From the NCBI RefSeq assembly GCF_006345805.1, contig NC_043004.1:93930001-93994000 (forward strand): a DNA stretch of 64,000 nucleotides, written 5' to 3'. The stretch's first letter is position 1. The number at the start of each line of letters is the position of its first letter. Both the position numbers and the translations under genes were made by a program. Origin of the DNA: Octopus sinensis (lineage: Eukaryota). A model generated the notes under the pieces. That model searched no databases, was not told where the DNA came from, and saw only the letters and a list, made by a program, of their open reading frames with translations. Positions 51,701 to 64,000 of this stretch are shown in pieces.

Positions 51701-53589
51701 TATATTATTGAGGGAATAACAGAATGAATTTTAGTTATAGGTGAAAACTAAATTGAAAATTTAAATGCAGAAAGTAAACTAAAAGTCGCCACGTAAATTG
51801 ATTAAAACTTACCTCTTACTCCACAGCATTCATCAATGAATAAATTAGCAAATAAATAAAACAGAAAAGAATGAAAAACCGAAAACAACTGAATTGAAAT
51901 ATTTGATTATTTTAATATTTATTCAACTTTTGAAAAAATAAATTAATGTAAAATTTGTACAAGTTTCTCTGGTTTTAACAAATATGCCAGGGAAAGAAAT
52001 AGGGGAAATCACAGTTCAGCTATCTGGCCAGTCACGAACAACGTCTAAAAAGTCTGATTGGAAATCATTTTCAGCATATATAATTTTTTTATATATTTTC
52101 TTTTAGAGTTCCAAAGTATTCTTGACCATTTTTCTTGGAATCGTCTCTATAAATATGTATATAGATATCAATGTAGATATCATCGTTGTCGTATCGGGAT
52201 AAAAGTTCGTTTAATCTCCACCAGAAATATGGCTGCAGTGTAGTTTGGTTGGTATGTTATATCTTTGTGACCAAAGCAGTGGCTAACAACACAAAACCAC
52301 CCTTGTTTGTTTTAACAAACCCAGTCTGTAAAAAAAAAAAAATGTAACGATTTGGCTTTTAACTTTGGGTTGAGTTTTTGTGAGTGCGAGTTTTTTTTTT
52401 TTTTTTCCTTTTGTTCAGCTGTACTGAGAGTTAAAAAACTCAATATACGTAACAAAAAAAAAGCAAGTTGTATTTATTTAGTCATTCAAAACTTGATATT
52501 TTTTCTTGTGTCGTTACTCCGAGTTTCACGCTATAAGCGTTCGTCAGATGGTTGCTTCAGATTGGCATAACAAATTTCAAAAATTCTAAAATTCTTCAAG
52601 TTTTGAATAAATAAATAACATTCTCTCACACAAAAACATCATATATATATATATATATATATATAAAGGTATACGTATGTGTGTCTAAGCAAGGTGGATA
52701 GTGGTGGTCACGAAGAATTCACTCGATTCTATTTACATTATGATTAGGAAATGATCTGCAGCTCTAGGAGCACCAATATCGTACGATCAATAGCTGTCGC
52801 CATCAGCTCAATCAAATTTTTCTACAATGACAATGGTATCTCGACATGTTTTCCTTTCACTCACTAATAGAATGTTATTTTATATTATTATATTGTTTAT
52901 TCTGTAACTTCTATCACTTCTCCAGGAAACTGGGAAAAAAAAATTTATTCTGCAGTTCATTTGTTTTCATTTTTGTTAAAATTCTTTTCGTTTCACTTTA
53001 GTTTTTCCATGATGTCTTCTAATTTGTTTTGACTGGACAAAAATAATATCTTGGGATGTTTTGGAAACATCACACGTCAATCTTATTTTCATAGTCTCCA
53101 TTTTTCTTTTTCTTTTTCTGCCATTTATTCCACTATTTTGGCAATCTGCCATGTTATTTCATGTGCTAGATAGAAATTTTTTTTCTTTTTCTTGTTAATA
53201 GATCGAAGTAAGTATGCAATGGTCAGTTATACCCTGTACAATATTTTTCTTAAATATTCTCTCTTTTTTTTACACAATCACACACTGGATTTCTATGAAC
53301 GAAAGAGGTCGTATTTTTCAAAATGATATATATATGCCCGCAGATTCTAGAATACTGTGGATTACATTTATACACTATACTACTTGTGTTCCGTTTGAAT
53401 AAAAGTTCCGTAGAAAGAAAAGTACAAAGAGGGTGGTCTGAAAGAATCAGTCAATAGGAATGGTATTAATTATATTCGGGGGTCGCTAACGAAATTAATC
53501 ATATGTATATACACAAAAAAAAATTATGAAGGAATATATTTCATTATTTCATAACATTCCCCATCTAAAATTCCATATACACACCATAT

Positions 53590-53645
<56 letters not shown>

Positions 53646-56600
53646 TAGTGTCAAGTTTCTTTTAACTAAGTTTCTGTAAATGCTAAAAGAAGATTATGTT
53701 AAGATGGCATTCGTTCGCGGGTTGTCTTAAAAAAAGAAAGTGTAACATTTGCCATCGTATTCCTATAAGGATTTCTTCCCCCCTAAACGAGATGACCTAC
53801 CGCTATTAAATATTTTATTCATAGAGATCATTCAGTATAAGATCAAATTGTTAGGGGGGAAAAAGAGGAAATAGCGACTGTAACTGTTTGTATATATTTC
53901 ACATTCCGAACATAGCAATGTTACGAATGGAACGATATGTCATCAGTTCATTTTATATGGCAAAGAAAAAAAAATTATAATGGGTTAATATTTTAACATC
54001 TTAGTCTCTCTCCAGCTCAACTTAATGCAACTATATCCTAAAATTTACAAGCATCTCTTTCTTCGTCGTTTTAGCAAAATCAAATGATTCTTGTCGTAGT
54101 AGGGAACCGGGAATAATAATCATTAATATAATGATTTAAAACAATTCTATTTTTTTTTTTAATTAGCTTGAAAGCCAATCGTTGAAGACAAATCTATTGG
54201 GTATGGCATCCACAACAGTACATTCCTGGTGGGTATTTCAGAGTTGCACGTTTGGTGTGTGCGTGGGGGTGGGGTTCAAATTAAAGTCAAACCTTTATAG
54301 AATTTAAACTTGGATGAAAATGGACAAACTCCCAACGTAATAATCACTAGTCTGATGCCTAACCTTTGTTGGCTAACCTGCTGCTTTTCTACAAGTAAAT
54401 ATGCCTGGCACTTATTCATCGACTCTGCCAGGATTTGAACTTACTACAAGAAAAGGTGATATTAAATATTCGCAAGTGATTGCTATTTTTTTCAGAGCTA
54501 TATACTCTTTCAGACTTTTCATTGCTTTACTCTAACTAATAATAATATTGATCTCTTATTTTATAGTACAATGCCACAAATCTTGGAACGAAGAGTGCAG
54601 TTGACCACAGAATTTCACTGGTACTTTTGTACATTCTTTTTTTAACCAACAGCTGAAGAATAATAATAGAAAACAGACTGGACCTTGCCAGTATTGGAAC
54701 TCAGAATGTAAATACCGTAAAAAAACATTAAATTAAATTCCGATGCCTATACTGACACTACCATCCGCCCCAGTAGCAGTAGTAGTAGATTATTGTACTA
54801 GTGTATCTGTCTCCGTAGGGACGAATATAGGAGGAAGATGTTTTCCAGACACCCCATTCTCGTAATACAACATAAACAAATGAAAACTTCGGCAGCGGAA
54901 ACCAGAACATGTGCGTGGGAAGTAATTAATAACGACTGTTGAAAGAGATGCTTGACGGGATGGATGGGTTGTATAAAAAAAGTGGATTGGATATATAGTA
55001 ACCAGCCAAATACTTTACTTTCGGTACATTAAAATAGCTTATAAACCAAACTACAAAGTGGGTCTGACATAGAATATCTATTATCCTTCTTTTACGCCGT
55101 CATCGTCATCTCCCGCTACATTCCTTCACTATATACATACATTATATACAAACATACAGACACTCTCTAAATGATCACATTGCTGCTTCTATAGTTTCAA
55201 TATCAGACATCACCAGTAAATATCATCAGCGATGTACCAAAAAAAAAAAAAAAAATCTACGGGGATTATTTTCTGTGGTTATAACTAGAACAGTGGGGCT
55301 TAAATACCTGATTAGTGAGAAGAGAGAATCTGGAGGGTCTATTTTTAAGTCTTTCTCATATTTGGTTAAGAAGAAATATCACTCACTTCTTTCAGAATTT
55401 TCTCTCGCAGATAACAATCCAGCCAGTTAAATAGCTAATGAAACATAAATTATTAATTAGTTAGGTAGTTTCTTTCGTTTTCCTTGTTTGTTTGTTTGTT
55501 TTTTTTTTTTTTGTAATTTTTTCCCCAAAAAAGCATTGCTGGTAAAGTCTATTTACTGTTTTATTTTCGTTTAAGCAATCTTTTCCTTATTATTTTCTGT
55601 CCCTTTTGCAACATAGCGATGGCGATGGCCTGGTTACAATGGTGATGGACAGTTACATTGATGGTGTTGTTGAGTGTGTCAAGGTGGTATGATTGCTTGC
55701 TGAGCTGATTTTATAATGGAGGGGAGAGACAAAGAGTGAGAGTGAGAAAGAAAAAAATATTAAAATAAGAAGAGTTTGGAATAAGATGGCATTAGGTAAG
55801 AGGTCATTTGCTTTCAGCAGAGCATTTCTTCATTTTAACAACTGTTTTTTTCACTGCAACTAAAATAGTGGATAAAATGGCATTCTTGGACATTTCCTTC
55901 GTCTCGACATCTTCTAAGCAAACACAATCCTGGGAAGATGTCGTATCTTCATATTTTTCAGTTTCTGGATCAAACCAGGAGTCAGTCTCATATATATATA
56001 TACGTACGTACGTACACACACACATGTGCAGAGTTGTTACAGAATAAAATTTCCATTTTAGTTTAATGTATGTACATCTTGTTTTCAGTACACCGTTTCC
56101 GCCCGCAGCTCACACGGGTTTCTTTTTGACATTTACATCTTTCTTATACACTTTCTTTCACGCTCATTATATCATTCCTTCTCGTGTCTTGATATTTTCG
56201 TCCTGGTCCAGGTCAGTTTATCGTGGTCGTCGTCAAAGTTGCTCTATTTTAATTCTCTCATTTTGGTCATTCAGTACATTCAATTCTTTGGTTATTTCTT
56301 GGCGGTCCTTCTCACATTTCGCATACACGCATCACATCTTACTGTCTGTCGTTCTTTCTCAGAAATTAAGCATAGCCTATTTGGAAACGTCATTGCAAGT
56401 TCGATTAGAAATAGATGTCTCTTATGAGTACATCTATGATGGCTATTGATGTAGGTTTGTTCACATGCATACAATCCTGCATTTCCAAGCATATAAAGGT
56501 ATGTATACATATAATACACCCACAAACGATATTTTCGTAGAATTAGAATGGGTTGAATCGATGAGAGGTCTATTACAAACACGGACGCCATGTTGTTAAT

Positions 56601-57049
56601 TAGTCGAAAAATCATGAAGTTTTGGTTTAACCCTGGCAAAAATTACTGCTTTAAGATGTGCTAAAGTGGTCTGTATGAAAAATGACAGATGGTCGGATGT
56701 CTTTGATGTCTTCAGGTTTCAAGTTTCTCACACAATTTCCACAAATTATTTCAGACAACAAAATCCTTTCACACTGTTTGCACAACAGTAATACTCTTTC
56801 AAACACTTTTTTTATATTTCGATTTTAGAATTCGAATGTTGGGTTCCACACGAAACTAGTAACAGAACGAAATGTCACCTTTATGTTTTTTTACCAAACA
56901 AAACAGGTGCCCTCTTTGTGGTCACTCGTTCTTTAGAATCAAAAACATGCCTGAAAGGTTTGAAAACATTCGTTCACTTTCAGCCATGCTTTCATTTTTT
57001 CTTAGTCTTAATCAGTTATTTCCACACGCAATCTATCAGATCTCATTTT

Positions 57050-57613
57050 CTAAACGGTGATTTTAGAGTCGAAATTAGTTTCGTGTATTCCAGAGTCAAA
57101 CGAATTTTGCTCCTCATGTTTTGCTCTCTTCGAGAAATCGTTGTCAAAATAATTTTTACTGCTGCTGCTGATATTGTTATTGTTATTACTATTATTATTA
57201 TTGTTATTTATTACAGAGTTATTAGCACTTCCGCTGTTGCTATTAGAATTTACTCCAGCGTTTGTTTTCGTCGGTGACTGGTCGCCATTTTTTCTTTCAA
57301 AGAACTTTTTAGTGATACACATTTTCTTGTTGGCCTCGTTAATGAGATCTTCGAAGTCACTAGTAATGTGACATTTGTGTTCGAGATTTAACGATAAAGT
57401 TGAAGGTGATGCGTATTTGTTGGTCAATTCATTTTCCGACTCAAACATTTCTGTTTCTGAAACTGACCATTGACTTTCGCTCAGGTCACAGGAACTGGAC
57501 GGTAAAGACCCACGACTGGACAAATAACCTCGCTGCACTTTTAGATCTTCAATGGTTTCATTCAGAATCAGAAGCTGTTTCATTAATGATAAGTCTTGGT
57601 CCATCAGGGAATT
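57050..57613 (-). CDS. LURAP1-like: Terminal coding exon of a leucine-rich adaptor protein 1-like (LURAP1/FAM89-family) gene, 187 codons plus stop, phase 0
   Basis: Polypyrimidine acceptor tttttctcttatttcag| at 57614, then NSLMDQDLSLMKQLLILNETIEDLK...SSRGSLPSSSCDLSESQWS, matching the LURAP helix plus Ser-rich segment (human L+..D..L+.QL..+NE.IE pattern); stop TAG at 57050-57052; family-level call only, upstream exon not located. Confidence 0.8.
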   Translation of the reverse strand, partial: NSLMDQDLSLMKQLLILNETIEDLKVQRGYLSSRGSLPSSSCDLSESQWSVSETEMFESENELTNKYASPSTLSLNLEHKCHITSDFEDLINEANKKMCITKKFFERKNGDQSPTKTNAGVNSNSNSGSANNSVINNNNNNSNNNNNISSSSKNYFDNDFSKRAKHEEQNSFDSGIHETNFDSKITV

Positions 57614-59546
57614 CTGAAATAAGAGAAAAAGAAAAGAAATTTATTGTGATGAAACGCAAACTTTTTATATACATATAGAGTATAAAATATAGATAGCAAC
57701 AAACAATACTGTATAAACATACAAGTGGACTTCTAATCAAACATGTCCAGTTTTGTCAGAAGACTAATTCACTGATTTTAATCTATTTACTCGAAAATGA
57801 TGTTTTCGAACATTTTGAATCAGCGAATGTATTATTAAAAATAATACTGTGATGCCATGCCGTAAATTGGGGGGAAAATCACGAAATTTTTAGTTTACCA
57901 TGACAAAAAAATGATTGCTTTGAGTCTTGTTTGTAGATAGTCTATCTTTAACTTAATGAATCTTCTCTTTAAGAAAAAAGCAGTTAAAATGTAATGTAAA
58001 AACAGAATTTGTTGTAATTTCAGTGAGATCGAATGACCAAATAGAAACGTTTTCGTTGGCTTCCACATCCCAGCTGGTTCTTCTGGTAAGGCAAGATTTA
58101 GGGTGATAAAACCCGACAAGTAGAAAAACTGGACCACGCAATTTAGAAAAAAATCGTCATAGATCTGAACAAATAACATGTTATATAAAACAACCTACAC
58201 TTTCCTCTATTCAGACATGACAGACATACGTATAGATAAAGAACGCACACACACACACACGTATGCAGGATGGTCTCTCTCTCTCTCTCTCTCTCTCTCT
58301 CCTTTTAAAACCCACAACACACGTGTAGACAATATAAAGAAAATATTGGTTCAGTTAAGAGAAAATCCAGGTCGTTTTTCACAAGCGAGTTTTTGTTTTA
58401 TCTTCTTTCTCTTCTTTTGTAATAAATAATACACATCCGGTGACACTTCTTTATTTTTAGCACAGAACACCGGAAGTGAATCTATTGTATTTTCTAATTC
58501 ATCATATGGCTAGTAAATTTCACCTTTCATTTTCTGTTTAGTTTGTCCTAACCCCCTGGGATCTATCTCTTTCCCACACATATACATAAAATCATTTTCA
58601 CCACTCGCTGCATTTATCTCTCTTTCTCTCTTACAATACATATATATATATATATTGCACTTTACTAGTACACCGGAAGGGATCAATTGTAATTTCTCAT
58701 ATTATGGCTAAGGGTCACGGCATATATAATGGAGCGAGTTTTACCGACCGAATGGGCCAGCAGCTAGTGCAAATTCATCAGAATCACTCTCTATTATCAG
58801 GACATTTAACAATGACTCAGTCCCGATAAGATGTGAATGCTTACTAAGAGAGTAGATACAGCTCATGGCCTGAGTTGGAATCCACCGATATGTTATAGAT
58901 GGTAAATGACAGAACTTTAAGAGGTTAAATTGGCATGGATTACGCACTCTCTGAAGACGAGATCAGTGATAATCCAGTGGCTCAGTGGGATAGCGGACAC
59001 CAAATATTGTACAGATTCATTTTTTAAATACCATGTCCCCTCCACTCTTATCTCCATACAACACGCAACTTCTTCGAGCTATGAAGGAACGCGAAACCAT
59101 TTGATTTGCTAAAAACAGCAGCCAGATTCCACCCTAAACTACATCGCATATCCTCAATGCTGCTTTTAAACAGGGACATGAATTAGGTTTAGCACCCAAG
59201 AACAGCTACAGGCCAGCTGACAAGTTTCTGATCGATGAATTTTACTTGCAGTGTTTGTACCGACCCGACGCAATTGTAGAGAGTGCACTTGCCCGAGTTG
59301 CTGTGCATTGGGATCGAACGATCGAATCCGAACCCTTTGACTGATTTGTGAAGCGAGCTTTTTAACCAGTCATGCTTACCACCATAGGTTTTATAGTAGA
59401 CCGGTGTTGATCTAATATTATTAATAAAGGAAACAATTAGCCCTACTCTCTACCCTATTTTTCTTCAGGTCTTGAGTAAATATTTTCTCATCTCTTCACT
59501 TTCCTTCACGTTTTCATTATATGTCACAGAGAGGAGGACGGAGAAA

Positions 59547-59549
<3 letters not shown>

Positions 59550-59594
<45 letters not shown>
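59550..59594. repeat. (GA)n microsatellite
   Basis: Direct reading. Confidence 0.95.
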
Positions 59595-59601
<7 letters not shown>

Positions 59602-60273
59602 AGATTGGGGTCGAGGAGGAGCAACAAATGATTACTTCAACGAGGACAGGAAGGTTTTTGTGTCGAAAATCGTGTTTGATGTTCACGTGTACGAAAACAC
59701 TATCTAAATCACACGACAGAGGGGACGGCGACGGCGACGGCGATAACAACCGCTTCCCTTTGTTTTAGTATTAGTAACAGTATCATTATTATTGTTGTTG
59801 TTGTTGTTGTTGTTAGCATTTATTATTAGTGTCTCGAACGCTGTGTACCACTTAATAAATATTAGTCATATCTTCAAGCATGTCACGTTAATTTATAATT
59901 ATACACACTTCAAACGATCTAGATCTAGAAAGTATTTTTGACTAATCTTTCTCTCTCCCCTTATGTGGGGTGCATGTGGCCGAGGGGTGGGATAGAAGCA
60001 CTGAATGTTGACACGGTCGACATATCTCCCTCGCACTGTTATCTTTATATTCTGAAATTAACACTAATATTTTTTTTTTTTTTAATATATCAATTAAAGA
60101 AGACCTAGTTGTAGCCCAGAGGGGAATTTAGAAAAAAAAAACAAAAAAACTGAGCACAAAATGTTTTAATAGATATTATTGGTAGGAATAAACGAAGCAA
60201 AATCTAGAAACCCATTTTGTGGGGGATCAGTCCAATAACGATTTTTTACACAGGGCCTCAGAGATTTATTATT

Positions 60274-60612
60274 GCTCATGGCTCAGTGGTTAGAGCGTCG
60301 AGCTTACGATCGTGAGGTTGTGAGCTCGAATCCCGGACCGGGCTGCGTGTTGTGTTCTTGAGCAAGGCACTTTATTTCACGTTGCTCCAGTTCACTCAAC
60401 TGTAGAAATGAGTTGCGACGTCACAGGTGCCAAGCTGTATCGGCCCCTTTGCCTTTCCCTTGGATAACACTGGTGGCGTGGAGAGGGGAGGCTGGTATGC
60501 ATGGGCGACTGCTGGTCTTCCATAAACAACCTTGCCCGGACTTGTGTCTAGGAGGGTAACTTTCTAGGTGCAATCCCATGGTCATTCATGACCGAAGGGG
60601 GTCTTTACCCTA
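60274..60612 (+). mobile_element. tRNA-derived SINE, family F (E-type head and core, different 3' body)
   Basis: tggctcagtgg A-box, gagctcgaatcc B-box, gtgttcttgagcaaggcactttatttcacgttgctccag core. Confidence 0.8.
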
Positions 60613-60614
60613 TA

Positions 60615-60835
60615 CTTTATTTAAAGCAGCAGAAAATTCAACAAAACCTGTTACTCTGAGTTTCCCGTTGCCGTTCATCGGACTAGCAAAAACTGTCCGA
60701 TGAACGGCAACGGGAAACTCAGAGTAACAGGTTTTGTTGAATTTTCTGCTGCTTTAAATAAAGCATATTACTCTACCACTGGTATTTGAGTACTCTTTTT
60801 TCCACCTTGTTTCACATTTATGTGTTTACTCCGGT
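60615..60835 (+). mobile_element. Penelope-like terminal fragment: perfect 69-bp foldback plus unpaired 3' extension, with a hammerhead-like motif
   Basis: 60615-60683 is the reverse complement of 60695-60763; right arm reads CCGATGA...GAAACTCAGAGTA^ACAGG and includes aataaa. Confidence 0.6.
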
Positions 60836-60854
60836 ATATATATATATATATAGG

Positions 60855-60892
<38 letters not shown>

Positions 60893-61239
60893 GGGAAAGA
60901 GGTATATTTTGATGCTTATTTTTCTGAAATGGGACGCGAGGAGTTAATTGAGATGACATGAATCGCGAAATAAACATCAATTACATGTAGTTTATATTGG
61001 CCTTTAACTAAAGCTGGAGTTATTGGCGTTATTTGGAGATGATGAACCAAAGCGAGGCTGTGAAGATGAACTATATCAGTTAAATATATAGGCTATGTCG
61101 TCACTGTAAGCGATAGTTTGTTGCTGTTACCGTTTAGACCCGGGTCAATCCTGGTTGAACATTTATATCATAAACATTCCCGTTGTAACCCATCAAGACT
61201 TTTCGAAAGCTTTTAAAGATTATGTGTTTGTCTCCTCAC

Positions 61240-61454
61240 TCCCACCCGCATGACAAATGGCGTTGGCTTGTTTACATCCCCGTCACTTAGTGGTTCGGTA
61301 TGAAAAGACCGATGGAATAAGTACTAAAATTAGAAATAAATATTGGTGTCAAGCTGCTCGACTAAATTCTTCAAGGCGGGGAAACCAACACGACTGCAGT
61401 CCAATGAATGCAACAAGTTTGCCCCAGCATGACCGCAGCTTTCGAGCTGAAACT

Positions 61455-61460
<6 letters not shown>
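61240..61460 (+). mobile_element. SINE family C-related 3' half, degenerate
   Basis: tgtttacatccccgtcacttagtggttcgg...cccagcatgaccgcagc. Confidence 0.65.
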
Positions 61461-61492
<32 letters not shown>

Positions 61493-61499
61493 TAAAGAG

Positions 61500-61559
<60 letters not shown>

Positions 61560-61565
<6 letters not shown>

Positions 61566-61825
61566 GGAGTGGTTGTGTGGTAAGTAGCCTGCTTACCAAC
61601 CATATTGTTCGAGGTTCAGTCCCACTGCATGGCACCTTGCGCAAGTACGTGTTTTCTACTATAGCCTCGGGCCAACCAAAGCCTTGTGAGTGGATTTGGT
61701 AGACGGAAACTGAAAGAAGCCTGTCATCTTACAAAGAATAAGTCGTGGGGTCGATTTGTTCGACCAAAGACGGTGCTCCAGTATGGCTGCAGTCATATGA
61801 CTGAAACAAATAAAAGAATAAATAA
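61560..61825 (+). mobile_element. SINE family C with an internal deletion
   Basis: Head to gaaagaagcctgtc joined directly to cttacaaagaataagtc; the internal microsatellite block is missing. Confidence 0.85.
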
Positions 61826-62251
61826 ATAAATTATATATATAGGGAGATCTTGTTGTTTTTAGGGAGGCCTTATTTTTTTGTGAACAAGCGATAGCGTGGA
61901 GGTCATCTTGTTCACAAATTATGAGTGAGCAGTTGATATGGCACTCACGAACTTTACAACCTTATATTCCCAAAGGAAATAATCAAGTCACTTTTCTAAA
62001 ACTAATATGAAAGGAAAAAAAAAAAAAAAAACGGAAGCCACCGGAAACCAGCAGACCCTCTTCTTGTTCTAGACATTAGAACTGAAGAACTCATTAAGTT
62101 TAAAAGTTCAACTTAATTGTTATAGACCGGCTACTGCTGCTACAAGTACCACTATTATCTGGTCCTTAAAGTTCAATAAGTTAATAAAACGAAACACCAG
62201 CCGAGTACTGGGGGTCGATATCATTCACTGCTTATACTTTCTCCTAATTTT

Positions 62252-62381
62252 CGAGGTCGACTTTGCCTTTCATCCTTTCGGGGTCGATAAATAAAGTACC
62301 AGTTTCGCACTGGGGTCGATGTAATCGACTTAATCCCTTTGTCTGTCCTTGTTTGTCCCCTCTGTGTTTAGTAAAGAAATA
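62252..62381 (+). mobile_element. SINE family A, 5'-truncated, apparently inserted in an older SINE remnant
   Basis: About 18-bp TSD tatactttcYcctaattt at 62233-62250 and 62384-62401. Confidence 0.85.
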
Positions 62382-64000
62382 TATATACTTTCCCCTAATT
62401 TAAAATCTGGGGGTCTGTGTAAAAAAAACAAAAAACAAAAACAAAGAAAACACCCCCACCACGAGTATTTATAGTAAACAGCTCAGCCCACTGGACAGTA
62501 CAAACGGACAGATTAACTAATATTTATATAATACATAAGTCCTGTAGATAATCCTTTCAGTGAAGATGGGTCAAGGTGTTAATCCCAGCATATCTTGTTT
62601 CAATTATTTATTGTTATTATTGATAGGGTCAGCAAAAAGCTACTCCATCCAGTAAGAGATAAATCCTATTTATCTATCTCTACATAAATACTCTCTCTCT
62701 CTCTCTCTCTTACGCAAACACACATCAGTATGTGTGGGAGTTAATAGATACAAAACCCCGTTTTTTTTTTGTTTTTGTTTCATATTGTAAAATTCGTTTC
62801 TGGCGGTTTTACTGATCATTACAGGTCCATCATAGATGGTTCAATGATAATAAGTATATATATATACAAAGTGGGTGGAGAGAAGATAGTTTATACAACA
62901 ATCGGTTTCAGACAGAAGCAGACAGCTGTTTAATGTTAAGTTTAATGGACACAATACACAAATTTGATCTAATTCTCTCGTCCATTAAACGTTATTGTGC
63001 GGCTTTGCGTATGTGTACAAACACACACATATGTATACATATATACATATATCTTAGTGTGTGCGCGCGTGCGTGCGTGTGTGTATGATTCAAGTCAATA
63101 AACAAAATAGAAATTGTGTCAACTACACGCTACATATAATGACTCAGACTTTCGAATTAAAACTTGTATTTATTTAAGTTACGTATCTCTCTTAAAATTC
63201 GGTTGATCGTTTAGACATGCGCAGTGGTGTTGTTCGAGAAAATAATAAACACACAGACACATACACATACAGGCACACACGTACATATACATACACATTT
63301 AATATAGATAGATATTAAGATTAGACAGAGAGAGAGAGGTGGGGTGGGGAGGGAGAGACAGAGTAAATCTGATGAGGCTTAATGGCTTGGCTGTGGGTGA
63401 CAATCGTAAGGGGTGGTCGCGTAGTTTGGTTGTGTGGATGGCTGGCTATGAAAATAAGAAAAATTTAAACGAGTCTAGTGATCATTAAAGCCCGATAGTG
63501 ATGAGCCATGCTTCTAAAATGCACACGAGCGGAAGATAAGAAATTCTTGTGAGTGCATGTGTGTGCGTGTATGTGTGTGTGTGATGTGTGTGATCTAAGG
63601 GGGTATGACGTAGGCATCGATGGTTAGACGAGAGGGTGTGATGCTGGAGCTATTAAATAAATGTTATTGAACGATTAGGGAATAGATAATCACAAACGAG
63701 GCTGCTGTAGTGATGAGGATTATTATTATTATTATTATTATTGTTGTTGTTGTTTTTTGTGATGGTAGTAGTGGTTTCGTAAAAAGAGGTGGTAGTTGGC
63801 ACCCGCAGTGCGTACTGTTCGCTGGAGTAATACATGAACCACAGCATCGAAGCTAGAATGAATCAAATACATTTTTAACCCCATCATACAGAATTATTGT
63901 GCAATGGGGAAAGACTTCGAAAGAATCAACAGTACGTATGCATACGTCCGTGTGTGTAATATATACTATATATGTATGTATTACACTCACAAACAGGCGC

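Noticed and set aside
55190-55232. Minus-strand CTGATGA...GAAACTATAG
   Set aside because: No convincing helix I or II and no NUH site; consistent with chance.
55804-56449. Protein-like stretches downstream of the LURAP stop (ETDSWFDPETEKYED..., CEKDRQEITKELNVLND...)
   Set aside because: Frequent stops and no polypyrimidine acceptor; best explained as purine-rich 3' UTR.
59031-59100. Candidate upstream LURAP exon MVSRSFIARRSCVLYGDKSGGDM|gtattt
   Set aside because: It is phase-compatible but lacks the expected amphipathic L..LR.EM segment and has a weak donor; unsupported without RNA data.
59465-59749. 94-aa minus-strand ORF MLSPSPSPSPL...
   Set aside because: Runs through the (GA)n tract with no family resemblance; likely intronic or UTR.

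Overview
This is repeat-dominated, AT-rich eukaryotic DNA. The SINE families and microsatellite density resemble an Octopus (cephalopod) genome; that assignment is inference from recall, not a database match. Only one host coding exon is supportable: a minus-strand terminal exon (57050-57613) of a LURAP1/FAM89-family leucine-rich adaptor gene, whose upstream exon was not found in the window. Nearly all other listed ORFs are microsatellite or SINE artefacts or decayed retrotransposon pieces. The rest is a mosaic of at least five tRNA-derived SINE families, R4/Dong-like, RTE-like and L1/Tx1-like LINE relics, a deleted mariner, a non-autonomous Helitron, MITE/foldback elements and long microsatellites. 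The most unusual signals are: (1) minimal hammerhead-ribozyme motifs, one inside a tRNA-headed SINE-like element; (2) a SINE whose 3' end is followed by NN-TAT at 10 of 10 readable junctions and which appears to insert into the same motif in its own head, building tandem arrays; (3) three near-perfect long foldbacks; (4) a 51-bp minisatellite apparently built from a SINE B-box; (5) an (AAT)n-associated non-coding element beside R4/Dong relics. All alignments were done by eye, and ends of degenerate repeats are approximate.
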